DNA from: the human T2T-CHM13v2.0 reference genome, Homo sapiens
Assembly: GCF_009914755.1 (NCBI RefSeq)
Contig: NC_060947.1
Reading direction: 5' to 3' (one strand)
Length of the DNA: 64,000 bases
Shown: in pieces, positions 15,753-33,597 of the stretch
Position numbering within the stretch: position 1 is the stretch's first letter
Layout of the letters: every line of letters starts with the position of its first letter
The notes under the pieces: generated by a model
Databases searched by the model: none
What the model saw: only the letters and a program-made list of their open reading frames with translations
What the model was told of the DNA's origin: nothing
Position numbers and translations under genes: made by a program

Positions 15753-15822
15753 CAAGGAAGAGTGTGTAGGACAAAATTGTGAGGAATTCAGTTGAATGAA
15801 CAAATTTGAAGCTCTAGTATAG

Positions 15823-16126
<304 letters not shown>

Positions 16127-16392
16127 TAGAATAGTCTGGTACAAAAGGATGTGGGGTGGCCAGGCAGGTAGAATCAGGAGAGCATGGTGTCCTGAAAACC
16201 AAGGCAAGAGGACATTCAGTCTTCCTTGCTCTCTGGTGTCCCAGGTCCCAGTGATTCTAGGTTGGATGTAAAGAAAGTACTAGGTAGGTATCATTTTAGG
16301 AAATGCCCCTGGTGGAAAATGTTTCTGTTTTGATTCATTTCTCTTTAATATAGAAGACAGAGCTTCAAGGCTTAAAATACTTGCCTGAATCA

Positions 16393-16778
<386 letters not shown>

Positions 16779-17439
16779 TTATAATTTAACAAGTCTTAAA
16801 TCAGGTTGTGGTTTGATTTGATCCGGAGAGATGAGAAATTCAACTCTTGTGAAAGGGTTACTGTCAGGCCACAAAAAGCTGTAGGATTTGTTTCAAAAGC
16901 ATCCTTCTGCTAGGGAAGTAAACTTGAGTTAAAACTTAAAGTAATAAGGTGAATGATGTCTCAAAAATAGTCAGCGAGATCTCAGTTCTATTCTATAGGC
17001 CCCTTTTAAACTGTTTGTATTTTATTTTATTATTAATTGACACATAAAATTGTACATATTTATGGGGGTACTATTATATAGGCTTCTATTATGGCATAAT
17101 AGAGTACTTCTAGAGTAAGAAATAAAGAAGGCTTACTGTCTGGTCAGGTAAATTGATGATCTTTGTCTTAGCTGTCAATGAGGATGCTAACATCTCTACT
17201 TACACTATTTGGGCCTGTTATATGGATAAAAAATGTAAATACCCAAAAGTGATTTAAAAATGTTAAAATGTCAACATGAAATATCAATATAAAGTATCAA
17301 TATGAAATATCAATATAGTTTATCAATATGAAGTTGAACTAATGTTCTAGAACTTGAGAAGGACCTTCAACATAGACATCTGTAAATGATGTTATCTAAT
17401 ACTTGCTTACATGTGCTAATGACGAGAAACAGCTTTAAT

Positions 17440-17572
17440 GGACTATATAATTTATTGTCCAAACCAGAACACTTTGGAGTGTGAAAAGGAGTGGAGTGTG
17501 TTTAATAGTTACTCCAGAACCACAGGCAAAACCCAGGACTGTCTTGGGTAAAATGGGAGACATGATCACCTA
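17440..17572. mobile_element. MER94/MER81-like hAT-Blackjack MITE
   Basis: tataatttattgtccaaaccagaacac...ccaggactgtcttgggtaaaatgggagacatgatcacct. Confidence 0.6.
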
Positions 17573-20500
17573 GGCATAGGTGAAATGTCAGTGGATATAT
17601 ACTTGCTTTGTCCGATGATGTGGTGACATAAGATCTGTGATGCAAAATGATTTTTTTCCTAAAAACTCATTCTCTTGGATATGCTATAACATCTCAGTTT
17701 CACAGACAGGAATCCTGGGCTAAGTGAGAGAGAGGAAAGTAATAAGCACAAAACTTAACCATTGCCAGTTCCCTTTATTGCTTCCAAAGGGCATTTAAGA
17801 ATTCACCAGAAGGATTTATTGCTTTAGCATTCTTAACCTTAATGAAGTAATTTGAGTTTTCACTCTCAGAGAAGACTGTGGTGGGTGAAAAGAAGATTGG
17901 ACAAGTCTTCACTGAAAGATATTAACTAGTGGAATTAGTAAGCAAAAGAGGGTAGATTCAGTAGCGTTCATATCCCAGGCAAACTAATGTACAATGCATT
18001 TATATTCTCATGCAAGTAGATGAGATTCAATAGTATGCACAGAATTTGAATGTTTCAAATGATTCATTTGGAGCCTGGGTACGGTTCTAGCTAGCCCCTT
18101 TAGGCGAGAATGATTTGGGGACTTGTAGGTGAGATTAACAGGACAGTAATTTACATACATTTTCTTTTTGTGTTTCTTATCTTCTAAAGCTTGAGGTAGG
18201 TTTCATACCTTTGCTAGAAGTCTTGCTGGAATGTGATTGAATGACGGTGGCAGCTGATGTACTATTAGAAGACAGAGCTATAGATGGACATTTCTCAGTA
18301 ATCAGGTAAGTAGGCAAGCTGGCCTTTGTTCTCTGCATAATCTGAAGTGCTCTCTGATCTGCAGCATAGCACGTGAAAAGCAGCACATCTGAATTGACAA
18401 AGAGATCTTTATTTCTATTCCACAATGCACAGAGAAAAGGTAGAAAGAGAATTGGAGTGTGAATTTATTTATTCAGGAGCGTGAGCTATCAGTTTGAGCA
18501 AAGGAAATGCTAATAGAGGTTATGTTCCTTCTTCAAGACTGCGTTTCCTGTCTCATGTTGTTGTATTATGTTTGTGTGCTGGGTCCAGAAGCATAACCTC
18601 CCAGTCAGTGGGCCACAGTGGAACAGCAAAAGGAACAGCTGCCTGGGTGAGAGGATTAATCCATGCGCATTCCAGCTCTGCCCCTGGCCGAAAGGAATAC
18701 GCCCTTAACCAGGCTGGGCCATACTTTCCCCTTTTTGCAAATCCACGTATAAAGAGAGATAATTGAGGACATAATAAAATGATCAACACGCCAAACCTTT
18801 GAGTTTGTAGAAAGTCGCCATCTAAATTTTTGTCTTTGGATGAACTGAATTAGTATAGTGTTTGTTTATTTTCTGGACCAAAATTCGGTGTTCCTGTATA
18901 TGTAGGTGACCCTGCTGAAGTCAATGGCAACATCTTGGATACATTCAGATATTGACTTTGGGATTGGCAAAATAGTAGAGTCACTATCACCATCTCATGG
19001 CAATGTAGTCATTGCACGGTAAAAACAATGAATTCTTGTTTTATTGTGGTATTTTGAAATTCTAACTACCCTAATTTGGGGTCATGATAATATCTCTATT
19101 CAGAGCAGTAGCATTTGTTGTTATTTGATGTGTCTTGTGTGGTGATTCTTACACTGAATACTGGAGACGTATTTACTGCTACTTGTCCAGTTTGAAATTG
19201 ATTTAAAGGCTGTAAGTTCATACTGGGAAAAACAAAATTCTTTGGAACTCCATTGCTCACTTTAAAGAACATAACTTTCGATTAGCCTTCCAGTCTTAGA
19301 TTGGTTTAAAGATGTTTCACGTCAGATGTCTGTGGCCGTTTAGAGCAGCTCCCAGGTGAGGAATTTACAGTGGGGAAATCACACCTGGGGGTGAGGAGTG
19401 GACAAGGGCATCTCTGAGCCAGCATTCCTTGTATAGTGTCCAGGCATTTGAGAAATGGGCATTGAATGGTCGTTTGAATCATGTATTTTCTAGGCTCTGG
19501 AAAATGCAAGAAGGAAAGTTGGAGAATCCTGCTCAATACAGGATTATCAGCTAAAATCTATCTCCTTCCTAACCCAGCCCTTGGTAGTTCTTTGGAGCTC
19601 TGAGCAGAGAGCAGCAGTTCATGGGTACAATGGAAAGGTTTAAAGATCCTTCAGCAAAGATGTTGTAGAATGTTCAGAGTTAACCATGGTGTTGTTCAGT
19701 TCAGCTCCTGGGGCTTCCATTTCCTCCTGCCTTCTTTGGAAATCATTTCCTGGTGTTCTAATTCTGTATCTTGCCGAGTAGCAAAAATGTGGAGGAAAAC
19801 CCCGGAAGTAACTTGTGGTTAAGTTTCAAGTTTTTTGGCTTTTATCCAAACACTCGTGAGCTTCATTTGTGTTCACATATAAGAAAAGCCAACCCGGATC
19901 TTCTAATAATGCTTTATTTAGTGCTTAAACTTTAATTGCAGGGTACAAATGATACCATTAGGAACCGATATCAGTACTAATGCCACCTATATTATTATTT
20001 ACTCCTCTGAAAACTAAGCTTGTTGAAATATATTTATTAACACTGTACCCCAGCACTACACATTTAAAGCTTAATTCTGTGGCTGTTCATGAATTCTCAG
20101 CATACTACAGTGTTGAGGCTTCCTAGCTTGAGATAAGTTCATTATGAAATGGGAGTGATAAAGTGTGTTAGTGTTTAAGTTAGTGTGTTAGTGTTTAAGT
20201 TAGTGTTAGTGTTAGTGATAAAGTGTTTTTCCAGGTCACAAATACAAGCTGGTTTATGCAAAGGATGAAGCACCCTTTGTGTAATTCTAGTCCCTTTAGC
20301 TAACAAACAGTTAAATTCAGCATTTATGATGTATAAACTTTGCTCCTTAGCATTAAAATGTACCTTATTCACTCGGTAGATTTCTCTTTCAACCATGGCT
20401 ATTGTTTGTCACTAACAGCTAGCTTTTGTGAAGTTAATAAATGTGCATAATAAGGACATAAAGGTATGGAGAAGTAATACTGTAATCCTTTTGTTTGGAT

Positions 20501-21679
20501 AATCAGTCTAATGTATGCAAATTAAACCTTATTAGTACTAGGGTTTTGTGTCTGCTTATCAAAATGTGCCATTTTCATGAAAATTGGAAGTCCATTATAT
20601 AAAGTTATTATTAACAGTCATTTAGGAATTATATACGGTATGCAAATTAAAGTTGATTACAACTAATTAAGGGCTTTCTTTGTTATTTGACCTTGTCTGC
20701 TTTTTATGTAAATATGTTTCTTTTGGTCTGGCATATTTTTAGACTCAGAAAAGTATATTAAGACAAGTTACATTATGTAGTTTTTAATATATCTTTGTGT
20801 TGCCATTGTCTGTGCCCCTCATTTTCCAGAGGCACATATGATATGTAAAGCCATGTATCTTATTTCACTATTTGGGGATGGTTCTCTAGGTAAGTGGGAT
20901 TTCCGAAATAGAAAACAATCAAATTTCCAGGCCCCTTCAATGAGTTTAATGGAAAATGAGCACAAATCCAGTATAACATATAAACAGTCTTCATGCCAGA
21001 ATACCCTTTTTTCCACTATTTATTGACTTCAGTGAGTCTTGGGTTACAGATTTCCAAACAGAGCTGAGTAATAGATGATCATTACTGGCTTACAGGGTGT
21101 CCCGCAAAACCTAATTGTTTGTTATCTGTGAAAGCATTCAGCTAAAGATAAGTGACTTTACCACAGAAAATGTAACAGTCTCAGTACCAATGGCCTTTAG
21201 GAAGAATTGTGCACTCCCTGTAAAAATGAGGAGTTTCTTAGTGAGCGAGGAGGAAACATTTGAAGTGTGACTTTTAAACACTTATTAAGTTATATCTTTC
21301 CTTCAGTACAGTTGCTCTAGTTGTTTTCTGTTAACAAAGAAGCTTGATACAGTGGCTGGAGCAAAGCATCCTGGGGCACTTGGTTTAATTGCACGATGGA
21401 AGAGATCTGTTAATCAATAGCTTTTCAAATGCCTTGAAGTATACTGGTAGGAAAAAGAATGTGAAGATAAACAGTCCAAGGAAAGAGGCCAGAATATTGC
21501 AAGAGTGGAGAAAAACAAATAGTTATCTAGGTATTTAAAAGGGGCAAGCAAGAAACTAGGAACCAAATCACCACTGAATTCATCCAAATTTTGAACATTT
21601 TCTTTTATTTTTTGACTTTGAACAACAACAGTTTAATCTTTGAAAAATGCCATTTGAATGCTTATAAAGGGATTGAAAG

Positions 21680-21930
21680 CAAAGTTTTAATTGAAGTATA
21701 ATATACAAACAGAAAAGTACACATATCATAAATGTACGGCTTGTTAATTTTTCACAAACTCAAAACTCTGATGTAACTAGCACCCAGATCAAGGAGCAGT
21801 ACATTAACAGCACTCCAGGAACTCTCTGCTTTTTCATAAACCAGGTTACAGTATATGTGCAGGTCTGTTTCTAGACTTTTTTGGGGAAAATTGACATCTA
21901 CACAATCTCCAGTGCACTAATCTATGAACA
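21680..21930 (-). mobile_element. Old L1M fragments
   Basis: ttttaattgaagtataatatacaaacagaaaagtacacatatcataaatgtac...cacccagatcaag. Confidence 0.7.
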
Positions 21931-21955
21931 TGGTATATCTCAGATAAAGGGACTC

Positions 21956-22244
21956 TTTTTTTTTTTTTTTTTTTTGAGACAAGGTCTCACTCTATCACTC
22001 AGGCTGGAGTGTAGTGGCACAATCATAGCTCACTATAGCCTCAACCTCTGGGCCCAAGCAATCCTCCCGAGTTGCTGGGACCACAGGCATGTGACATCAC
22101 ATCTGGCTAATTTTTAAATTTTTTGTAGAGACAGGGGTCTCCCTGTGTTGCCCAGGCTGATCCTGAATTCCTGAGCTCAAGTGATCCTCCTGCTTCAGCC
22201 TCCCAAAGTGCTGGGATTACAGGCGTGTGCCACTGTGCCTGGCC
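21956..22244 (-). mobile_element. AluJ
   Basis: aatcatagctcactatagcctcaacctc; TSD taaagggact/taagggact. Confidence 0.9.
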
Positions 22245-24494
22245 TAAGGGACTTTTTATGATTCAGTAACCTCCCTAGAAAATACAGGAAAATCAAGAAG
22301 ACAGAGGCTAAGTTCAGACATTTTTTGGGGAGTTTGAGGGTTTCTGCATCGATGTTCCACTTTATTATATCCTCTAGGAAGGATGTAGATGTATTCTCAG
22401 GCTTCATGGAGTGGTTCTAGCTTCCATGTGGAGCCTCCCATTTGCCAGCTACCTTTTATCATCTTTCCTACTGCAGGTGTTCAGTGTCTTCCTCTCTCCC
22501 AGGGCACCCTCCATCATTCCTTGCCACCTTTGCTCCAGTTTCTTAGCCGAGAGTTTTCAGTATTGTGAGGAGCATAGTGCTTTTGGTAATTTCCACTTTT
22601 GGTGCAGAACTCTTAGTGAACACTTTCTTCCCTGTTCCAAAAATAAGCAACTTTGTCTTTCTCAGGGTCAAAATATGCTCTGCTAAAATGTATAAGTCAT
22701 TGTTTTGTGTTCATGTTTTTTTTTTGGCATCAAGTTTTTCTAGTAGTTCCAGACATTTTTGCCCCCTTGGCAAGGCATAGGACATTGGAATTCCCATCTC
22801 CATGGAAATGGAAAAACAAGCAAACAAACAAACAAAAAACAGTTCTCATTTGCACCATGGCTCAATAGGTAGAAATGGAAAAAGGATCTCATGATGCTGG
22901 CCCCACAGATAATACAGACTGTGTCTGCATTGTACCACAATAAAGAGGCTGCTGTGGTGCAGCTTTCTGCCTTCTAAGAAGATCCTCTGCTCTTACAGTT
23001 GTTGAGTGTGCCTGGAGAAGCTTCAGAAGGTTAGCAAGTACCTGTGTAAGCAAGAGAGAGAAGACTGAAAGATAACTCAGGAAATTCTTACAATGGTGCA
23101 CAGAGAAGGAGGCAAACGCCAAGTCTCTAGTTTGTCTTCAGAACAATGTAGAGAGACATAAATACAAGGAGAGTAAGGGTGATGCCCCCTTCTGTCAGGT
23201 GACTGGATATGTAATCAGCACTTCCTTTCCCATGTCCTGACTACCTCTGAGCCTGGAAATGGGAGATAAGGATGCAAAACACTGCCACCTGGTCCTCAGC
23301 AAATGGGTAAAATGGGTTGGGCTGACTGCAGTTGAGCTGTAAGAGCCCTTAGGAACAGGGTTCTCCAAAGTCACCATTTTGCTTTAGAAGGTTTATTTTA
23401 CATTTCTTAAAATAACACGGTAAAATTATAGGCAACACAAACAAGATTTGAGCTATGTTAGTCTTTTAATTCAGGCAGAATTTAATGTGTAATTAAGATT
23501 AATTATATCATAATGGAATTGTAGACACATGATTATTGCATCATATTCCTTGCAGACATGCATCTTGCTTTCACATCATTCTGGTTTCTCAGATTGAGAA
23601 GCATGCTGAGAGGCAGAGCCAATGGAATCCGGCTGCATTTGCAGGATGTGTTTGCTACAGGGTCGTTTTGGGAGTTAATTTTTGCCAATGTTCATTTCAG
23701 AATAATTGAAATATGCCCAACTGTGATGGCCTTTTAAAAATATCCTGCTTTTTTGTCTGTTTTGAGAGAAAGCCAACCTTAAAATATCTCCATTAGAAAA
23801 AAAATCTCCATTAGAAGCTGAAAGGATTTGTGTGTGTTGTTAAGTTTAGGAAATCACCTGAGTGTTTAGATTGTGTGTGAAGGTAAAAAGAATTTATTTC
23901 TCACTCATAAATTCAAAATACGGGAGGGAATCCCATCTGGAAATGTTCTAGAATAGGCCACTTCCTGAGTCAGAGGGGAAGATGGGGTAAATCTTTATAG
24001 ATAGTTTTGACTCTCCTATTTAAAAGAGAAAAGGAAATCTAAAGAAGGAAATTCCATTATATACTATAGCATATTATTTAGGTATATGACAAATACGGCA
24101 ACTTTGAGTCAATACTTAAATCTGTGTAATTAGACCCAGAGGGTTTTTTTAGCTTCATATTCTTGGCTGTTATTTCAACTGTAAAAGGGAATGATTCTCA
24201 AAAGTGAATAATATACAGATCTTTAATTACTTATACACTTTTTATTATGGAAATTTTCAACATACATATTCAGAACCTTTTAAAAGAGAAAACATTTATT
24301 GGAGCCCAGTGTTGACCTAAATTATTTTTATTATGTGCTAATATATGATCAGTTATAACTCCTTCTGCTTACAGCTTTTATACAAGTATAAAACCAAATC
24401 AAGCAGCATATAACCAGCAAATATATACCCTGTAACATTTAAATTAACAATATTAATTTAGAGCAAAAGATGATGTTGTTTTTCTGGAAATACT

Positions 24495-24803
24495 TTTTTT
24501 AAAAATTTTGAGACAGTGTCTCATTCTGTTGCCCAGGATGGAATGCAATGGGCAGTCATAGCACACTGCAGCCTTGAACTCCTGGGCTCAAGGATCTTCT
24601 TGCCTCAGCCTCCTGAGGGGCTAGGACTACAGGCATGTACTACCACACTTGTCTCATTTTTTATTTTATTTTATTTTATTTTTTGTAGTGATGGGGTCTC
24701 GCTATGTTGTCCATACTGGCCTCAAACTTCTGGGCTCAAGCAATCCTCTCACCTCAGTCTCCCAAAGTGCTGGGACTGCAGGCATGAGCCACCGTACCCA
24801 CCC
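24495..24803 (-). mobile_element. AluJ
   Basis: Diverged Alu dimer in reverse. Confidence 0.9.
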
Positions 24804-24991
24804 TGGAATTACTTTTTAAACCTACCTATATTATTTTATCACTAGGTCACCACAATCCAAGCCATTTTACTCTGGCTGAAATGATTATAAATCCGTCTGA
24901 AAATTAGAGCACTGAAATAGGATAGTAACCTTTCATTATAAGGCAGATTGTCCAGGTTATCCAGAACATCCATTAAGATGACCATCTAAAT

Positions 24992-25218
24992 CAGGAATTA
25001 GCAAACTTTCTCTGTAAAGGACAGGACCTGATAGTAAATACTTTAAGCATCGAGGGGCATACAGTCTTTCACAACAACTCAACTCTGCCATTGTATTGTG
25101 AAATTGGCTATAGACAATATTTATGTGAATGGGCTTGGCTGTGTTCCAATAAAACTTTATTTACAAAAACAGGTGGTGGGCAGGATTTAGCCATAGTATG
25201 GCATTTGCCAACCCCTGA
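24992..25218. mobile_element. MER58A hAT MITE
   Basis: caggaattagcaaact...ggctgtgttccaataaaactttatttacaaaaacagg...tttgccaacccctg. Confidence 0.85.
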
Positions 25219-25427
25219 TCTAAATGAAAATATAGGGTTAAAAAATCGGGGAAATCTTTGTAGGCCATTTGAAAACAGTACATACCCCAAATTTCTGGGA
25301 GATTCTGTATAGGTGGGGTATGTGTGAGTGTGTGTGCATTTTCAATTAGGTTTTCAAAAATTATACAAGTAAAGCATCCTCATTTTGACAAGTGAAACAA
25401 TTTGGAGATACATTAAGAAGTGTTATT

Positions 25428-25720
<293 letters not shown>

Positions 25721-25866
25721 GTGTTATTAATCTTTCACTCCCTCCATTCTCACTATCCTCAGATAAAAATATTAATAGCTTAATTCACAATTAACACTTT
25801 TCTTTGTGGGTAGACATATCTATAAAAACATTTAGGTTGTTCCTCTGCTTCACTCCTTTGATGGGT

Positions 25867-26214
25867 TGTATTAGTCCATTTTCATGCTGCTAATAAAGAA
25901 ATACCCGAGACTGGGTAATTTATAAAGAAAAGAGGTTTAATGGACTCACAGTGCCACATGGCTGGGGAGACCTCACAATCATGGCAGAACAGCAAAGGGT
26001 CGTCTTCCATAACAGTGGGCAAAGAGAGCATGTGCAGGGGAACTCACCTTTATAAAACCATCAGATCTCGTGAGACTTACTCATTATCACGAGAACAGCA
26101 CCAAAAAACCTGCCCCCATGATTCAATTACCTCTCACTCGGTCCCTCCCACAATACATGGGGATTGTTACAATTCAAGGTGAGATTTGCATGGGGACACA
26201 GAGCCAAATCATCA
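25867..26214 (-). mobile_element. THE1-family MaLR solo LTR
   Basis: tgtattagtccattttcatgctgctaataaagaaatacccgagactggg...ggggacacagagccaaatcatca. Confidence 0.9.
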
Positions 26215-26319
26215 TGGTGTCTTCTATAAATGTTTCTCAGCATTAAAAAAAATTAGACAATATATCATGTATCAATCCAGGCCAATAGACATAGGTCTGT
26301 GTTTTTCCTTCAATTTCTA

Positions 26320-27440
<1,121 letters not shown>

Positions 27441-27507
27441 TCTTTAACATTCTTTTAAGATAAGTGTAATGTTACATTGCATAGCCTGTTTGTATGAATA
27501 AATATGA

Positions 27508-27939
<432 letters not shown>

Positions 27940-28459
27940 TGAATTTAAGTGTTTTGAAATATTGGTGTGTGTATTTCTGTGGAATAGATTTCCCAATGTG
28001 GGTCAAGAAGCATGTAAATTTTTAATTTTGACATTTATTTATTCATTTGGCATTTAAAAATTGTATTTGGCGTTACAAAATTCCCAAAACATTGGTAACA
28101 TTTCTATCAACAGTATGCGAGACTGCTTGTTTCCCCAAATCTTCAACATTATTGGGTATAATTACCTTTTAATCCCCACCCCCCAAGTCTGATGGGTAAA
28201 ATCCCATATTTTATTTTGCATGTCTGTGAGTACTAATGAGGCTGTGCAGCCTATTATATAATTTTTTACTCTTTAATTTCCTTTTCTATTCTTACTCTTT
28301 GCCTGTTTCCCCCAATATTTCACCTTACTTATGATTCTTTTGCTTTATAAAAAAATAAAGATTTAAAAAATGTAGTCCCATATGTCTGTCTTTGCCTTTA
28401 TGATTCCTGGTTCCTGGGTTGCCTGTCTGGTTTCAGAAAGTCTCCCTACACTAAGATAA

Positions 28460-28831
<372 letters not shown>

Positions 28832-29249
28832 TGATATGAGAAAGTCTAGTTTTGGTTCCTTTTGAATAGCTAGCAATGATATCAGCATCGTATGTTAAAT
28901 AATTCATCCTTTTGGCAAAGATTTGAAATTCCACCTTTGTTGAAATGTGAATTTTAAAAATTCCATTTTTGCAGAATTTCTGCTCATGTAATGAGTTCTT
29001 AGATATGTTTCGATTTTTTTCTGAACTCTCCATTTTCTTCTACTGATTTATCTATTTCTATGCCATCCTGTTTTTATTTTAGTATTTTAAAAGTAATTTT
29101 TAATCTTGAGATAAGACTTCACTATTTTTCACTTTAAAAATATACAGGTAATCAACTTTCAGTGATTTATTCTTCCACATGAACTTTAAAATCATTTTCC
29201 TCCACTCCTAACTCAGTTACTTAGGATTCTGGTGGAGAGTATTAAAAGC

Positions 29250-29410
29250 ATACACAAATGTATATAAAAATGTATGTATATGTACATGTATAATACATTT
29301 AGGAGAAATTCACATTTTAATAGTGAGATTTATATATGTATATGTATATATGTATAAATGTATATATGTTTATGTACATGCATGAATGTGTATTTTGTGT
29401 GTATGTAATA
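29250..29410. repeat. Degenerate (TA/TG) low-complexity repeat
   Basis: tgtatatatgtatatgtatatatgtataaatgtatatatg runs. Confidence 0.75.
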
Positions 29411-30199
29411 CATTTATGAAGGATTAACATATTATTAGCCATATGACATTGAAATGATAGCAAAAGAGAGACTTGATCTTGGTGAATTTCCTCCCCAAAA
29501 TACTTTCCCCTCACCAATGATGCCCAAAACTCAGAAAGATTGAGAGTTTTAGCCCAGAAGACAAAATTAATAGATTCGGGTGTCATTGGAGTGCAGTTTT
29601 CTTTTGAATTGTAAAAGATAAAGTGTTTTTCTGCCTGCTATGGGAATAAAAGTGTATCAGTGTATTTCTGTAATGTGTCAGTAATGTATTCCCAGGTGTG
29701 CTTGAAAACCTGTCTAGATACTATTAATGTCTTAGTAAATCCATTTCCATCTGTCACACTATAATGTATCCTCTCTGTGTCGCCCTCAACATACAAATAT
29801 TCATTTTCTCTCTTCAAATTAGAGACTTTTAGTACGGGTCAAATACCATTACAGTGAACTCTGCAGGTGTGTCAAATACTTCCTGTATCATTTGGCGTAC
29901 GATAGAAATTGCCTTCCCAGCTCTCACACCCTGTTGCTCCAGCTGAGGGGCTGGGGATGAAACAGCGTGGATTCACAACCCTCTTAGGCAGCCAGAATTT
30001 CTGTCATCAGCAGCAGGGTTTCTCTGCTAAACTTTTCCAATTCCAGCTGCTTGACCGTCAGGGCCACTGACCTTAAATAAAGCACTCAAGAGCCTTAGGT
30101 AGGGATTTAGCAGGGGAGGAGTAAGCTGGATTTGTTAGGAAGTGCTATGAATGTTCTATTTGAAAGAGACCTAGATCTCCAATATGGGGAGAAAACCAA

Positions 30200-30450
30200 G
30201 GACTCTGGGCCCACTGTACCTGGGTCTGAATCCCAGCTCTACCACTGCCTTGGCATGTGGTATGTCAGCACGGGCATGGGACTTAAACCACTCAGTGCCT
30301 GAGTTTCCTCATCTGCAAAGTGGAGATTAAAGTGGCACTAGAATCATAGGTCTATTGTGAGGATTGAATGAGCTGACATATGGAATGCATTTGAAACCGT
30401 GCCTGGCACTCAATAAGTACTTTATAAGTGTTTATTATATTTTTATTATT
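30200..30450 (+). mobile_element. MIR
   Basis: ctgggtctgaatcccagctctaccact...ctcagtgcctgagtttcctcatctgcaaagtgg...gtgcctggcac. Confidence 0.85.
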
Positions 30451-30844
30451 TGTTCCTTGAGGGAGAAATTGAACACAGAGGCTGAGATTATAAGGGAAAA
30501 AGCAGGGAGGAGACAGGGTGTGAAGGTCTCAGATAAGTGGACAGCTTTAGAATAGGCTTGTATTCCAGGAGAGAGATAGGGCACAAAGCAAGAAATTGAG
30601 ATAGAAGTACTGTTGTATGAGTGACTACTTGGAAGGATTAGGGAAGAACTGAAATGTCGAGAGCTGTGTATTCCCAGTTATAACTGTAGTCACTCTGGGT
30701 CCTGGGCTGATAGCAGCATAACTAATTCCAGACCTCACCTGCTGAGGTTCCAGCCAAGATTGGCTGAGTTACTCAAAATGAAGGGCATCAGTGGGCTGAC
30801 CTGGACAATGTATGACAGAATATAAATCAGTCTGCTCCTTTTCT

Positions 30845-31178
30845 TTCTCCTCTTCTTTCTTTTTTTATTATTTTTATTATTATTTTTAGAGACAGGGTCT
30901 CGCTGTGTTGCCCAGGCTGGAGTGCAGTGGCTATTCACAGGTACAGTCCCAATACTGATCAGCCTGGGAGTTTTGACCTGCTCCATTTCCAACCTGGGCT
31001 GGTTCATAGGCAACTTGGTGGTCCCCCACTCCTGGGAGGTCACTATATTGATGCTGAACTTAGTGCAAACACCTGATAGACACAGTGCATTACAACCCAG
31101 AACTCTTGGACTCAAATGATCCTCCTGCCTTAGCCTCCTGAGTAGCTGGCACTACAGGCACATGCCACCATGCCCAGC
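30845..31178 (-). pseudogene. 7SL (SRP RNA) retropseudogene, near full length, with A-rich tail
   Basis: Alu-domain ends enclose the S domain (gctattcacagg...ctgatcagc...gagttttgacctgctccatttcc...ggaggtcactatattgatgctgaacttagtgc), which Alus lack; TSD ctccttttc. Confidence 0.93.
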
Positions 31179-31189
31179 TCCTTTTCCTT

Positions 31190-31690
31190 TTTTTAATGGA
31201 TAATTTCAAGCATATCTCAAAGTAGAACGACCAACATAATACATTTTCATGAATCCATCACTTATCTTCAACAGTTATCAACTCTTGCTTTATTCTTATC
31301 CTCATTCACTTTCCCATCCTGAATATTTTGAAACAAATCCCAGACATCACTACATCTGCATCTCTAAAAGAAGAGGACTTTTTAAAAATGATGGCTATAT
31401 TTACAAATTAAAATTTACCATTTTAACCATTTTTAGGTGTACATTTCAGGGCATTAAGTACGGTCACATTGTTGTGCTACCATCACCACCATTAGTTTCC
31501 AGAAGTTTTTCATTATCCCCAACAACTGTGGACCTGTTAAGCGACACGCTTCAGTCCCACTCCCATCAGCCCTTGGCACCTACCATTCTACTTTCTGTCT
31601 CTATGGATTTGACTACTCTAGGTACCTTATAAATAGAATCATACAATATTTGTCATTTTTGCATTTGGCTTATTCCACTTAGCATAATTT
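31190..31690 (-). mobile_element. Old L1M 3' fragments (resumes at 32713)
   Basis: ccattctactttctgtctctatggatttgactactctaggtacc...ttattccacttagcataat, continuing as gtttttaaggttcctccatgttgtagc at 32713. Confidence 0.8.
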
Positions 31691-31704
31691 TTTTTAGATG
31701 GATT

Positions 31705-32712
<1,008 letters not shown>

Positions 32713-32867
32713 GCATAATGTTTTTAAGGTTCCTCCATGTTGTAGCATGTACCAGAATTTCACCCCTTTGTAAGGCTGAATAATAATATTCCATTGTATG
32801 TATGTACCACAGAATTCTTTTTAGAGCATAACCACAATACCATAATCATACCTACAAAACAGTAACT

Positions 32868-33174
<307 letters not shown>

Positions 33175-33197
33175 TAAAATAAGCTCATACCCAGTCA

Positions 33198-33581
<384 letters not shown>

Positions 33582-33597
33582 TCAAATAAGACCTATT

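Noticed and set aside
23786-23816. atctccatta repeat around an A run as a poly(A)-only insertion
   Set aside because: Indistinguishable from a simple short tandem duplication.
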